64,000 nt of DNA from an uncultured Pelagibacteraceae bacterium (GCA_902567945.1 CACFOC010000001.1:20343-84342); one strand, 5' to 3'; counted from the first letter of the stretch, positions 44,393-55,145 are shown. Program-made: numbers and translations. Notes: generated by a model not told the origin, from the letters alone.

Positions 44393-45592
44393 ATGTCCAA
44401 TTTTAATTGGGGTTACCCCAATACAGTTTGGTTTGGTAATGGTAGAATTAAAGATTTACCAAAAGCCTGCAAAGTATTGGGTATAAAAAACCCTTTATTC
44501 GTTACAGATAAAGATCTAGCAAAAGCAAAAATGGTGGAAGATACTCTTGAAATAAATAAAAGAGCTAAATTACCTACAACTATTTTTTCAGACTTAAAAG
44601 GAAATCCCTTGGGAAGCCAAGTAAAAAAAGGAGTTGATACATTTAAAAATGGTAATCATGATGGAGTTATAGCTTTCGGAGGAGGTAGCAGTTTAGATGT
44701 TGGTAAATCAATCGTATTACAGGCTGCGCTTAATAAACCACTTTGGGACTTCACAGATGGAGGATCTTTTTGGAATGAAAACAATTTTTCTGAATCTATG
44801 GCAAAAAATAAAATTGGAAATCCAGATAATTTAAAACCTTTTATAGCGATTCCTACTACAGCTGGAACTGGTTCAGAAACATCAAGAGCAGCAGCAATAA
44901 TTAATGATGAAACAAGAGTTAAAAAAATTGTTTTTCATCCGAGAATGTTACCAACATTAACCATTCTTGATCCTAAACTTACGGTGGGTATGCCAGCGTT
45001 TTTAACTGCAGCAACCGGAATGGATGCGTTTGCTCATAACCTGGAAGCATATTGTGCGCCTGGTTATCACCCAATGGCAGATGGCATAGCTTTAGAAGGA
45101 ATGTCATTAATTAAAAAATGGTTAGCTGTCGCAGTTAACGAAGGAGAAAATCTAGAAGCAAGAGGGCACATGATAACGTCTTCAAGCATGGGAGCAACAG
45201 CTTTTCAAAAAGGACTAGGAGCTATTCATTCATTGAGTCATCCAGTTAACTCTTTATTTAATGTTCATCACGGCCTTTCAAATGGAATTTTTATGCCGTA
45301 CGTTCTTACTTTTAATAGACCAATTATAGAAAATAAAATAGCAAAACTTAGTGAGTATCTAGACTTAAAAGAAGCGTCATTTAATTCATTCGTTGATTGG
45401 GTTGTGGAATTAAAAGAACAAATTAAAATTCCACATACAATTTCAGAATCTGCAAAAATAAATGATCAAGATATCGAAAAAATGTCCCCGATGGCTTTAG
45501 ATGATCCGTGCACACCAGGTAATCCAAAAAAGCTTGTTTTAGATGATATGGTCTCGATGTATGAGCATAGTGTTCAAGGAAAGTTGTTTTAA
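44393..45592 (+). CDS. Iron-containing (type III) alcohol dehydrogenase
   Basis: 399 aa. Motifs are GGGSSLDVGK and PTTAGTGSE, with His cluster HSLSHPVN...HHG. Confidence 0.8.
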   Translation: MSNFNWGYPNTVWFGNGRIKDLPKACKVLGIKNPLFVTDKDLAKAKMVEDTLEINKRAKLPTTIFSDLKGNPLGSQVKKGVDTFKNGNHDGVIAFGGGSSLDVGKSIVLQAALNKPLWDFTDGGSFWNENNFSESMAKNKIGNPDNLKPFIAIPTTAGTGSETSRAAAIINDETRVKKIVFHPRMLPTLTILDPKLTVGMPAFLTAATGMDAFAHNLEAYCAPGYHPMADGIALEGMSLIKKWLAVAVNEGENLEARGHMITSSSMGATAFQKGLGAIHSLSHPVNSLFNVHHGLSNGIFMPYVLTFNRPIIENKIAKLSEYLDLKEASFNSFVDWVVELKEQIKIPHTISESAKINDQDIEKMSPMALDDPCTPGNPKKLVLDDMVSMYEHSVQGKLF

Positions 45593-46287
45593 ATTATTTT
45601 TTTAAAATTTTCGTAAATTGTTTTGGCGCTACTGTTAAACAAATTTAAATTTTGTTCTACATCTTTTTTAAATTTTTCAAGAGCATTATCTCCTAAAGTT
45701 TTTTCTAAAGCTGATTTGTATTCTGGTACGCACGCCCATTCAGGAACAGTTTTATTAGTTTGTTCAACATGAAACTGTAATCCAAACGCCTTGTCGAACG
45801 AAAAAGCTTGAACTTTACATTCAGGGGAACTTGCTAATAGATTTGTATTAGCAGGCAAATCGTATGCTTCATAAGAATGCCATTGTAAAACTTTTAAATC
45901 TTTGTTTAGTCCTTTAAATAAAGACTTATCATCTGTTACAGAAACTTTTAAAACTCCAATTTCTGGTGCTTTCATTTTTCTAACTTTACCTCCTACAGCT
46001 TCACTAAGAAGTTGAGCTCCAAGACATAAACCCAGATAAGGCTTTCTATTTATACAAGCAAACTTATGAATTGCTTCTTTTTCAGGTTTTAACCAAGGAT
46101 AGGTTTCTTCTTGCCATGTATCCATTGGGCCTCCCATAACAATCATTGCATCATATAGGTCTAGACTTGGTATTTTTTCATTTTCATCTAACTCCACAGT
46201 ATCTATTTTAATATTGTCTTCCTTCATAAATTTAAGGAAAATACCTGGATGTTCGATATTAATATGTTGTAGAACCAAAAATTTCAT
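45589..46287 (-). CDS. Class I glutamine amidotransferase-like protein (GuaA-N/PuuD-like)
   Basis: 232 aa. It starts MKFLVLQH, has the nucleophile elbow GLCLGAQ, and QFHVE. Confidence 0.7.
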   Translation of the reverse strand: MKFLVLQHINIEHPGIFLKFMKEDNIKIDTVELDENEKIPSLDLYDAMIVMGGPMDTWQEETYPWLKPEKEAIHKFACINRKPYLGLCLGAQLLSEAVGGKVRKMKAPEIGVLKVSVTDDKSLFKGLNKDLKVLQWHSYEAYDLPANTNLLASSPECKVQAFSFDKAFGLQFHVEQTNKTVPEWACVPEYKSALEKTLGDNALEKFKKDVEQNLNLFNSSAKTIYENFKKII

Positions 46288-47079
46288 ATGAATAAATTAA
46301 AACTATTAATTGTTGAAGGCAATACAAAAGAAGAAAATATAAACTTCGGTAATGCAGGTTGTGTACCTCAAGCACAAAATTTTAAAAAACATCTTCAAAA
46401 AATAGAACCAAATAGCGAAATAGATATCGTAGAACCTTTAGACGATAATTCTATTTTAAAAATTATTTCTTCTTTAAAAAAATATGACGGTGTAGTTTTA
46501 ACTGGAAGCACTTTACGCTTGAATGAAGATATTAAAGAAGTAAAAAAACATATAGAATTTGCACAAACATGTTTTAAGTATGAAAAAAAAATATTTGGAG
46601 CTTGTTGGGGTTTGCAAGTAACTGTTATGGCTGCAGGAGGCAAATGCAGAGTATCTCCCAGTGGGCCACATATTGGTATTGCGCACGACATAGAACTAAC
46701 GGAAGCAGGAAAAAAACATAAAATATATTCAAACAAACCAAAAAAATTTACTACACCAGCCTTTAACTATGACGAAGTAGAAATACCACCAAAAGATTCA
46801 ATTCTATTAGCGAGTGATAAAATAAATAAATTTCAAGCACTTCATTTTTACGTAGGAAAATCTGAAGTGTGGGGATTACAATATCATCCAGAAATACCTT
46901 ATGACTACATGATTAAACTAATCAAACATAGATCAAAAGCAATGCTAGAAAAAGATATTTTTAAGAATCAAGATGCAATTAATCAGCATATTAATTCCAT
47001 AGAAAAAGCTAAATTAAATTTAAGTGACGATGCAAGAACAACTGAATTAAAAAACTGGATTAACTATTTAAAAAATTAA
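46288..47079 (+). CDS. Class I glutamine amidotransferase-like protein, divergent paralog
   Basis: 263 aa. It has the nucleophile elbow GACWGLQ and QYHPE. Confidence 0.7.
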   Translation: MNKLKLLIVEGNTKEENINFGNAGCVPQAQNFKKHLQKIEPNSEIDIVEPLDDNSILKIISSLKKYDGVVLTGSTLRLNEDIKEVKKHIEFAQTCFKYEKKIFGACWGLQVTVMAAGGKCRVSPSGPHIGIAHDIELTEAGKKHKIYSNKPKKFTTPAFNYDEVEIPPKDSILLASDKINKFQALHFYVGKSEVWGLQYHPEIPYDYMIKLIKHRSKAMLEKDIFKNQDAINQHINSIEKAKLNLSDDARTTELKNWINYLKN

Positions 47080-48755
47080 AACAAACCCTCTATATCTCCA
47101 TTATCATTTAATTTTATAGAGTCGGCTGCAGGTATTCTAGGAAGGCCAGGCATAGTCATAATAGCTCCACATATCACAACAATAAATTCTGCCCCGCTTG
47201 ATAATCTTACTTCCCTAATTTGCAATATATGTCCTGATGGTGCTCCTTTTAATTTAGGATCTGTAGAAAAACTATACTGTGTTTTTGCTATACAAACTGG
47301 GAATTTAATAAATCCAGCTTGTTCTATTTTTTTAATTTGTTCTTTAATTTTTTCATCAACCTCTATTGCTTTAGCCCCATATATTTCTTTTGCGATGGCT
47401 TCAATTTTTTTTAGAATAGAAATTTCTGCTGAGTACAAAAATTTAAAAGTATTTTTTTTTGTTTTATTACATAGCTCAACTACATTGTTAGCAAGATCTT
47501 TTGCTCCTTCGCCACCCTTTGCCCAATGCATGCAAAGACTTACTTTAACACCAAGTTTGGCGCAGTATTCTTCTATAATTTTAACTTCTTTATTTGTATC
47601 GGTAATAAAATGGTTAATAGCTACAACAACTTCTAAGCCAAACTTTTTAATATTTTGAATGTGTCTTTCAAGATTTGGCAAACCTTTTTTTAAAGCTTCC
47701 AGATTTTCATTTTTTAAATTTTCTTTTTCTATTCCTCCATGCATTTTTAAAGCTCTGATTGTAGCAACTAAAACTACACAACTTGGCTTAATGTTTGCTT
47801 TTCTACATTTTATATTTAAAAATTTTTCTGCACCAAGATCCGCCCCAAAACCTGCTTCTGTAACAACATAATCGGATAATTTGAGAGCTGTTTTTGTTGC
47901 AATTATAGAATTGCAACCGTGAGCAATATTTGCAAAAGGTCCACCATGAATAATTGCAGGATTATTTTCAAGTGTTTGTGTTACGTTTGGTCTAATTGCA
48001 TCTTTTAATAAAACAGTCATGGGTCCGTGAGCATTTAAATCTTTTGCATAAATTGGTTTTTTATCTTTAGTGTAAGCAATGGTAATATTTCCTATTTTTT
48101 CTTCAAGTTCTTTTAAATTATTTGATAAGCAAAAAATTGCCATTACTTCAGAGGCAACGGTAATATCAAAACCATCTTCTCTCGGAATGTTATTTTTAAG
48201 TTTACCAAGATTAATATTAATTATTCTTAGTGCTCTGTCATTTAAATCTACAACACGCTTCCAAGTAATATTATTTGGATCGATATTAAGTTTATTTCCC
48301 CAATAAATATGATTATCAATTAGAGCTGATAATAAGTTATGTGCAGAAGTTATAGCGTGAAAATCACCAGTAAAGTGTAAATTAATTTGTTCCATCGGAA
48401 CAACCTGGGCATATCCTCCACCTGCTGCGCCACCTTTCATTCCAAATGAAGGTCCTAAACTTGGCTCTCTTAAGCAAACTATTGTTTTTTTTCCTATTTT
48501 ATTTAATCCATCGCTTAATCCTACTGATGTTGTCGTTTTACCTTCACCCGCTGGTGTTGGAGTTATTGCTGTTACTAAAATCAAATTTCCTTTTTTTTCT
48601 TTTAATTTATCTACATACCCTAGGTTCAATTTTGCTATATGGCGTCCCATTGGACTGAATGCCGCTGGCTCGTCAGGAACGTTCACTTTTTCAAGCACAT
48701 CCCTAATTGGCTTCATTTTAGCCTCTCTTGCGATTTGAATATCAGATTTTATCAT
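47076..48755 (-). CDS. fhs: Formate-tetrahydrofolate ligase
   Basis: 559 aa with the hallmark [16 protein letters not shown]. The four track ORFs on the opposite strand across this gene are spurious. Confidence 0.95.
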   Translation of the reverse strand: MIKSDIQIAREAKMKPIRDVLEKVNVPDEPAAFSPMGRHIAKLNLGYVDKLKEKKGNLILVTAITPTPAGEGKTTTSVGLSDGLNKIGKKTIVCLREPSLGPSFGMKGGAAGGGYAQVVPMEQINLHFTGDFHAITSAHNLLSALIDNHIYWGNKLNIDPNNITWKRVVDLNDRALRIININLGKLKNNIPREDGFDITVASEVMAIFCLSNNLKELEEKIGNITIAYTKDKKPIYAKDLNAHGPMTVLLKDAIRPNVTQTLENNPAIIHGGPFANIAHGCNSIIATKTALKLSDYVVTEAGFGADLGAEKFLNIKCRKANIKPSCVVLVATIRALKMHGGIEKENLKNENLEALKKGLPNLERHIQNIKKFGLEVVVAINHFITDTNKEVKIIEEYCAKLGVKVSLCMHWAKGGEGAKDLANNVVELCNKTKKNTFKFLYSAEISILKKIEAIAKEIYGAKAIEVDEKIKEQIKKIEQAGFIKFPVCIAKTQYSFSTDPKLKGAPSGHILQIREVRLSSGAEFIVVICGAIMTMPGLPRIPAADSIKLNDNGDIEGLF

Positions 48756-48850
48756 GCTAATCGCACTCCTATATCTAAAAAATTATATTATGTACACATT
48801 TTATTTTTAGGGTCTTTTACAATTTATTTGGGTTATATAAGATTATAATA

Positions 48851-50107
48851 ATGCAAAAATATTCAATATTTAGCTTAATAAAGAATGCCTTTACCAATCA
48901 TCAGAATTGGGAGGTAGCTTGGAAAGATCCTGTTCCTAAAAAAGAGTATGACATTGTAATTGTTGGAGGGGGAGGGCATGGACTCGCCACCGCCTATTAT
49001 TTAGCTAAAGAACACAAAATTACTAATGTAGCGATTTTGGAAAAAGGATGGATTGGCGGAGGTAATGTTGGAAGAAATACTACAATACTAAGATCAAATT
49101 ATATGTGGGATGCCAATGGTTTATTTTATGAATATGGAATGAAACTTTGGGAAAATTTATCACAAGAATTAAATTATAACGTTATGTATTCACCAAGAGG
49201 CATTATTAATCTTGCTCACTCTGACGCACAATTAAACACATATTCTCGAAGAGGAAATTCTATGCGATTGAATGGTATTGATGCAAAAATGCTAGGTAGA
49301 GAAGAGTTAAAAAAAATAATTCCTTTTGCAGATTTCACTTCATCAGCAAGATTCCCAATTTTTGGAGGTTTAATGCAGCCTCGAGGAGGAACAGCAAGAC
49401 ATGATGCAGTAGCTTGGGGGTACGCAAGGCAAGCAGACTCAATGGGGGTCGATATAATTCAACATTGTGAAGTTACAGGATTTGATATTGTGAATGGAAA
49501 ATTACAAGGGGTACAAACTTCTAGAGGAAATATTAAAACAAAAAAAATAGGTCTGTGTGTAGCTGGTAGTACTTCCTTACTTGCTGAAAAATTAAATATG
49601 AAACTACCTATAGAGTCCCATGTATTACAAGCTTGTGTATCAGAACCAGTAAAACCTTTTCTTGATCACGTCGTAACTTTTGGAGCGGGTCATTTTTATT
49701 GCAGTCAATCAGACAAAGGTGAAATGGTTATGGGTGGAGACTTAGACGGGTATAATAGTTATGCGCAACGAGGAAATTTACCAACCCTTCAACATGTTTT
49801 ATCTGAAGGTGTAGCTATGTTTCCTAACCTAAGTAGATTAAAAATGTTAAGGACCTGGGGAGGAATCATGGATATGTCTATGGACGGATCGCCTATAATA
49901 GATAAGACTCACATTGAAGGTGTTTATCTAAACTGCGGTTGGTGTTATGGGGGATTTAAAGCTACTCCTGTGTCCGGATGGACTTTTGCATATACGATTG
50001 CTCAAGATCGTGCGCATGAATTAAATTCAAAATTTAAATTAAATAGATTTAACACAGGCCATTTAATCGATGAAAAGGGAGTAGGTACAAAAACTTGGAT
50101 AGGATAA
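48851..50107 (+). CDS. soxB: Heterotetrameric sarcosine oxidase / N-methylglutamate dehydrogenase beta subunit
   Basis: 418 aa. Motifs are IVGGGGHGLATAYYLA and CGWCYGGFKATP. Confidence 0.8.
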   Translation: MQKYSIFSLIKNAFTNHQNWEVAWKDPVPKKEYDIVIVGGGGHGLATAYYLAKEHKITNVAILEKGWIGGGNVGRNTTILRSNYMWDANGLFYEYGMKLWENLSQELNYNVMYSPRGIINLAHSDAQLNTYSRRGNSMRLNGIDAKMLGREELKKIIPFADFTSSARFPIFGGLMQPRGGTARHDAVAWGYARQADSMGVDIIQHCEVTGFDIVNGKLQGVQTSRGNIKTKKIGLCVAGSTSLLAEKLNMKLPIESHVLQACVSEPVKPFLDHVVTFGAGHFYCSQSDKGEMVMGGDLDGYNSYAQRGNLPTLQHVLSEGVAMFPNLSRLKMLRTWGGIMDMSMDGSPIIDKTHIEGVYLNCGWCYGGFKATPVSGWTFAYTIAQDRAHELNSKFKLNRFNTGHLIDEKGVGTKTWIG

Positions 50108-50110
50108 TAA

Positions 50111-50377
50111 ATGTTAGAAATTAAATGCCCATATTGTGGGAAAAGATCTCAAAATGAATTTTCTTACGGAGGAGATGCAAATATAAAAAGACCAGAATTA
50201 GGAAAAGAAATTTCTGATTCAGAATGGGATAATTTTGTTTATTTTAGAAAAAATCCACGGGGAAAACATTCAGAGTTATGGCACCATGTGGCAGGATGCA
50301 GACAATGGTTTAAAGTTTCGAGAGATACGTCGACACATGAAATTTTTAAAACATCGAAATTGAACGAAGAATTATAA
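50111..50377 (+). CDS. soxD: Sarcosine oxidase / NMG dehydrogenase delta subunit
   Basis: 88 aa. The Zn motif is CPYCG...WHHVAGC. Confidence 0.8.
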   Translation: MLEIKCPYCGKRSQNEFSYGGDANIKRPELGKEISDSEWDNFVYFRKNPRGKHSELWHHVAGCRQWFKVSRDTSTHEIFKTSKLNEEL

Positions 50378-50384
50378 ATTTAAT

Positions 50385-53381
50385 ATGACACAAAAATATA
50401 GGCTAGACAAAGGTGGGTTTATAAAAAGAGATAAGAAAATTTCTTTTAAATTTAATGGAAAAAAATATTTTGGATATGAAGGAGATACATTAGCATCAGC
50501 ATTATTGGCTAATGGAGTTCACTTGGTTGGTCGAAGCTTTAAATATCACAGACCCAGAGGATTTATTGCAGCTGGGGTAGATGAACCTAATGCTAAAGTT
50601 CAATTATATCATGGAGCCAAAACCGAACCTAATGCTGTTGCCACAGAAGTGGAGCTTGTTGAGGGATTAATTGCAAAAAGTCAAAATTGTTTTCCATCAG
50701 TTTCTTTTGATTTTGGAGAAATTAATAATTTTCTCAGTAAATTTTTTCCTGCTGGTTTTTATTACAAAACTTTTATGTGGCCTAAAAATTTTTGGTATAA
50801 AATATATGAACCGATTATTAGAAAAGCAGCTGGCTTGGGAGTTGCTCCACTAAAACCAGATCCTGATCGATATGAACATAAGTTTGAATATTGTGATGTT
50901 TTGGTAGTTGGTTCGGGCCCATCAGGGTTAGCGAGCGCTCTAGCTGCAGCAAAAAATGGGGCTAGAGTTATTATAGCAGAAGATAAATCTAGATTTGGAG
51001 GAAGCTTACTAACAGATGAAGTTACTGTAGGAAATAAAAAAGGTAAAGATTGGGCTGACGAGACAATAGAACAATTAAAAATAATGCCTAATGTGGTCGT
51101 TAAAAACAGATCTCAAGTTTTTGGATATTATGATCACAATATGATGGTTATGTTTGAAAGAACAAAAGATCATTTGGAATTTCCTAACAAATATACTCCT
51201 AGACAAAGACTTTGGTATATAAGAGCAAAAGAAGTCGTAGCATCCACTGGTTCAATGGAAAGACCATTAGTTTTTGGAAATAATGACAGACCAGGTATAA
51301 TGTTATCTTCAGCAGCCAAAGAATATTTAAGAGTTTATGGAGTTTTAGTTGGTAAAAAACCAATTATTTTTACTAATAACGATAGTGCATATGAAACGGC
51401 CATAGATTTTAAAAAAAATGGAATAAATCCAATAGTAATTGATATTAGAGAAAATTCCGAAAGTTCAGTAATTAAGGAAGCAAAAAATTTAAAAATTGAT
51501 ATTCGATTTTCTCATGCAATCGCTAATACAAGAGGACATTTAAGAGTAAATTCCGCAACAATCGGCAAATTAAATGAACAAAAAACTAACTACCAAAGTC
51601 TCGAAGATATTTCCTGCGATTGTATATGTGTTTCAGGAAACTGGACACCTACAGTTCATCTAGCTTCTCAATCAGGAAATAAACTAAAATTTGATGAAAA
51701 TATTAATGCATTTATACCCAATCAGTCACGCCAAAATGAAACTACAGTAGGATCAGCGAAGGGCTCGTTTACACTCAAAAAATCTTTAGAAGAAGGATTT
51801 AATAAAGGATTCGAACTATCAAATAAAATAACCAAAAAAAATATAAAAAGTGCAATCCCAACTTCTAATGAAAGAAGCAACGGTAAACAAAATAAATTTT
51901 GGTGTATGCCACTTCCAAAAAATAAAAATTACAAAAGATGTGTTGATTTTCAAAACGATGTTTATGTTTCTGATATAGAACTAGCTATAAGAGAAGGTTT
52001 TAGATCTATTGAACATGTAAAAAGATATACAACGCTTGGTATGGCTACAGATCAAGGAAAGACAAGTAATTTAAATGGTTTGCAATTAGTTTCAAGTATT
52101 GAGAAGAAGATAGTTCCGGAAGTAGGTCATACTACTTTTAGACCTCCCTATACTCCTGTCACTATAGGGGCAATAGTAGGAAGAGAAGTAGGAAAGTACT
52201 ATCGACCGACAAGAAAATCACCGATACATGCATGGCATGAAAAAAATAATGCAGTTTTTGTTGATGCGGGTTTATGGCTAAGACCTCGTTACTACAATCA
52301 AGGAAATGAAACTTTGCACGAAGCTTCAAAGAGAGAAGCGTTTAATGTTAGAAACAATGTTGGGATATGCGATGTAACTTCACTTGGTAAAATAGATATT
52401 AAAGGATCTGATTCAGCTGAATTTTTAAATAGAGTTTACACTAATGCTTGGATGAAATTACCAGTCGGAAAAGCAAGATATGGGGTGATGTTAAGAGAGG
52501 ATGGAATAGTTTTTGATGATGGAACTACAACCAGAATTTCAGAAAATCATTTTCATATGACAACAACAACTGCTCAAGCAGTCAATGTTTTGGCTCATTT
52601 AGAATATTATCTACAGGTAGTCTGGCCAGAACTAAATGTTAATGTTTTGTCTACAACAGAACAATGGGCTGGTGCAGCAGTAGCAGGACCTAATTCTAGA
52701 AGTTTATTGGAAAAACTTTTTCCAGATACTGATGTTTCTAATGAAGGACTGCCATTTATGGGATTTAAAGAAGCAGACCTGTTTGGTGTTCCTGCAAGAA
52801 TTTTTAGAATTTCGTTTTCTGGCGAACTAGCATATGAAATAAATGTAGAGTCTGGCTATGGAATTTTTATGTGGGAAAAAATAATGGAAATAGGAAAAGA
52901 AATGGGCATTGAACCGTATGGAACAGAAGCTCTTTCTACTTTAAGAATAGAAATGGGTCATGTTGCTGGTTCAGAAATTGATGGCAGAACTATATCATCA
53001 GATCTCTCTCTTGATGGAATGTTAAGTAAGAAAAAAGATTTTATAGGAAAAAGATCACTAAATAGAAAAGCTTTTATAGAAACTGGAAGAGAAAAAATTG
53101 TGGGCGTAGTCCCTTTAGATAAAAAAACAATGATACCAGAAGGTTCACATATAGTTGTTGATAATAAGGCTTCTTTACCTAATCCAAAACTAGGACATAT
53201 TTCTGCTTCATGTTGGAGTGTTGAATATAACAATCCTTTTTCTTTAGCAATTCTTAAGGATGGAAAGCAAAGAATAGGTGAAAAGCTTTATGCTCTCTCA
53301 CCTCTAAAAAGTAAAAGCATTCCAGTAGAAATAGTATCATCACATTATGTTGATCCCACAGGAGAAAGGGTAAGATCGTGA
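50385..53381 (+). CDS. soxA: Sarcosine oxidase / NMG dehydrogenase alpha subunit
   Basis: 998 aa. It has the NAD/FAD fold VLVVGSGPSGLASA and a C-terminal GcvT-like domain FSGELAYEINV. Confidence 0.85.
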   Translation: MTQKYRLDKGGFIKRDKKISFKFNGKKYFGYEGDTLASALLANGVHLVGRSFKYHRPRGFIAAGVDEPNAKVQLYHGAKTEPNAVATEVELVEGLIAKSQNCFPSVSFDFGEINNFLSKFFPAGFYYKTFMWPKNFWYKIYEPIIRKAAGLGVAPLKPDPDRYEHKFEYCDVLVVGSGPSGLASALAAAKNGARVIIAEDKSRFGGSLLTDEVTVGNKKGKDWADETIEQLKIMPNVVVKNRSQVFGYYDHNMMVMFERTKDHLEFPNKYTPRQRLWYIRAKEVVASTGSMERPLVFGNNDRPGIMLSSAAKEYLRVYGVLVGKKPIIFTNNDSAYETAIDFKKNGINPIVIDIRENSESSVIKEAKNLKIDIRFSHAIANTRGHLRVNSATIGKLNEQKTNYQSLEDISCDCICVSGNWTPTVHLASQSGNKLKFDENINAFIPNQSRQNETTVGSAKGSFTLKKSLEEGFNKGFELSNKITKKNIKSAIPTSNERSNGKQNKFWCMPLPKNKNYKRCVDFQNDVYVSDIELAIREGFRSIEHVKRYTTLGMATDQGKTSNLNGLQLVSSIEKKIVPEVGHTTFRPPYTPVTIGAIVGREVGKYYRPTRKSPIHAWHEKNNAVFVDAGLWLRPRYYNQGNETLHEASKREAFNVRNNVGICDVTSLGKIDIKGSDSAEFLNRVYTNAWMKLPVGKARYGVMLREDGIVFDDGTTTRISENHFHMTTTTAQAVNVLAHLEYYLQVVWPELNVNVLSTTEQWAGAAVAGPNSRSLLEKLFPDTDVSNEGLPFMGFKEADLFGVPARIFRISFSGELAYEINVESGYGIFMWEKIMEIGKEMGIEPYGTEALSTLRIEMGHVAGSEIDGRTISSDLSLDGMLSKKKDFIGKRSLNRKAFIETGREKIVGVVPLDKKTMIPEGSHIVVDNKASLPNPKLGHISASCWSVEYNNPFSLAILKDGKQRIGEKLYALSPLKSKSIPVEIVSSHYVDPTGERVRS

Positions 53382-53965
53382 CAGCTATAACACCTTTAGA
53401 GTTTATTCATAAAAAAGGAATATTTGGAGATCATCAAAAAAAAAACGAAAGCGACTTACTAAGAATTTCAGAAGTAAAAAATTCAACAATAATTCAGCTT
53501 GTACAACACAAAACGTCCAAAATTAATATTAATGATATAAAAATTGAAGGTCTAGAAATTTCAACGAAAAGCTCTACTGTAAAATCAAATAAAGAAACAA
53601 GAATTTTATGGAATGCACCGCGAACCTGGTTAATTATATCTAATAAAGAAAATATTATTAAAATTATTGAAAAAAATTGTAAAGAAATTGATTTTGCCAT
53701 TACTGACATATCTCATTCGAGAGCTGTAATACAAATTAAAGGCGATCAAGCAAGAGAAGTACTAAAGAAGGGCAGTCCAATCAATTTTAATGAGTTTGAA
53801 GTTAATAAATGTGTTGGCACAATATTTCATGGAATAAATTTAGTAATTGATTTAATTTCTGATGATCCAGATACTTTTAATCTCTTAGTTCTAAGAAGTT
53901 TTGGAGAATCCTTTTATCATCATATTACTGACGCAGCTTTAGAGTTTGGTTATGTTGGTGTTTAA
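53378..53965 (+). CDS. soxG: Sarcosine oxidase / NMG dehydrogenase gamma subunit
   Basis: 195 aa. The call rests on position, size and the 4-nt overlap with soxA. Confidence 0.65.
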   Translation: MTAITPLEFIHKKGIFGDHQKKNESDLLRISEVKNSTIIQLVQHKTSKININDIKIEGLEISTKSSTVKSNKETRILWNAPRTWLIISNKENIIKIIEKNCKEIDFAITDISHSRAVIQIKGDQAREVLKKGSPINFNEFEVNKCVGTIFHGINLVIDLISDDPDTFNLLVLRSFGESFYHHITDAALEFGYVGV

Positions 53966-53966
53966 T

Positions 53967-55145
53967 TTAAATTTCAGCCATTTCAAGATGAAGTTTTGAA
54001 CCTGTATACCTGTATTTTTTTGCTACTTCTTCATTAAGTTCAACACCTAATCCTGGTTTTGTTGGTGGTATGACATATCCCTTTTCCCATTCGATAGGGT
54101 CTTTAAGTATTTCGGAATAAAAATTTTTCCAATCTTTAATGCTTTCTAATATAAGAAAATTAGGACTACATGTTGAAATTTGTATATTTGCTGCACCAAC
54201 AATAGGCCCACAATAGAGATGAGGAGCTATTTGTGCATAGTATGTTTCCGCCAAACCTGCAATTTTTTTAGCCTCCAATATACCGCCCGCTCTACCTAAG
54301 TTCATTTGTAAAATACTTGCACCTCTAGATTCTAAAATTTTAGAAAATTCATATTTTGTTGAGAGTCTTTCGCCAGTTGCTATTGGTATAGTGGTAGCGA
54401 GAGCAACTCTACCCATTTCATCAAAATTTTCTGGTGGTATTGGTTCTTCAAACCACATAGGATCAAACTGCTCTAACCTTTTTGCTAACCTTATAGCAGA
54501 GTCCGTTGTCATTTGGCCATGTGTGCCAATTAAAAGATCACACTTATTTTTTACCGAGCGATAAATAGTTTTTACAAAATTTTCAACTTTAACAAGTTCG
54601 TCTAATGAAAGTTGACGGGGATCTAAAGGAGTGTAACTACCAACAGGATCAAATTTTATTGCTGTAAATCCTTTTTCAATAAATTCGTTTGCTCTTTCTG
54701 CGGCCAAAGTAGCATCCGTATAGACATTGGTTTTATCAGATTTTTTTGGGTATAAATATGTATATGAACGTAACTTATTATATACCTGACCACCCAATAA
54801 TTCATATATAGGTTTATTTAATTCTTTCCCGATAATATCCCAGCATGCCATTTCGATTCCGCTAATTATTCCCATAAGGGAAATATCTGGACGTTGTGTA
54901 TAACCACTAGAATAAATGGTTCTCCATAATTTTTCTATTTTAAAGGGATCTTTTTGTTTTACATACCTTTCAAATACGTCTTCAATCATTTTTGTAACTA
55001 CATTTGGGTGGAAAGGAACAGAATAAATTTCGCCATATCCGACTATATCTTTGTCAGTGATAAGTTTTATAAAAATCCAATATCTCCCTCCAAAATGTGG
55101 CGGGGGATTACCAACAATAAATGTTTCAATTTTTTTCAGTTTCAT
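53967..55145 (-). CDS. Enolase-superfamily enzyme (mandelate racemase/muconate lactonizing family, galactonate-dehydratase-like)
   Basis: 392 aa. The N-terminal capping domain reads GYGEIY...IEMACWDIIGKELNKPIYELLGG, followed by a barrel domain. Confidence 0.8.
   Translation of the reverse strand: MKLKKIETFIVGNPPPHFGGRYWIFIKLITDKDIVGYGEIYSVPFHPNVVTKMIEDVFERYVKQKDPFKIEKLWRTIYSSGYTQRPDISLMGIISGIEMACWDIIGKELNKPIYELLGGQVYNKLRSYTYLYPKKSDKTNVYTDATLAAERANEFIEKGFTAIKFDPVGSYTPLDPRQLSLDELVKVENFVKTIYRSVKNKCDLLIGTHGQMTTDSAIRLAKRLEQFDPMWFEEPIPPENFDEMGRVALATTIPIATGERLSTKYEFSKILESRGASILQMNLGRAGGILEAKKIAGLAETYYAQIAPHLYCGPIVGAANIQISTCSPNFLILESIKDWKNFYSEILKDPIEWEKGYVIPPTKPGLGVELNEEVAKKYRYTGSKLHLEMAEI

Noticed and set aside
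46395-46736. 113-aa minus-strand ORF
   Set aside because: It is antisense to the plus-strand GATase-like gene, which carries the conserved nucleophile elbow.
47395-48848. Five plus-strand ORFs (47395-47658, 47659-47871, 48079-48306, 48446-48658, 48639-48848), the first four opposite fhs
   Set aside because: fhs is unambiguous on the minus strand. The first four lie wholly within its reverse frames. The fifth starts antisense to the fhs N-terminus and runs on through the fhs/soxB spacer. None has a family resemblance.
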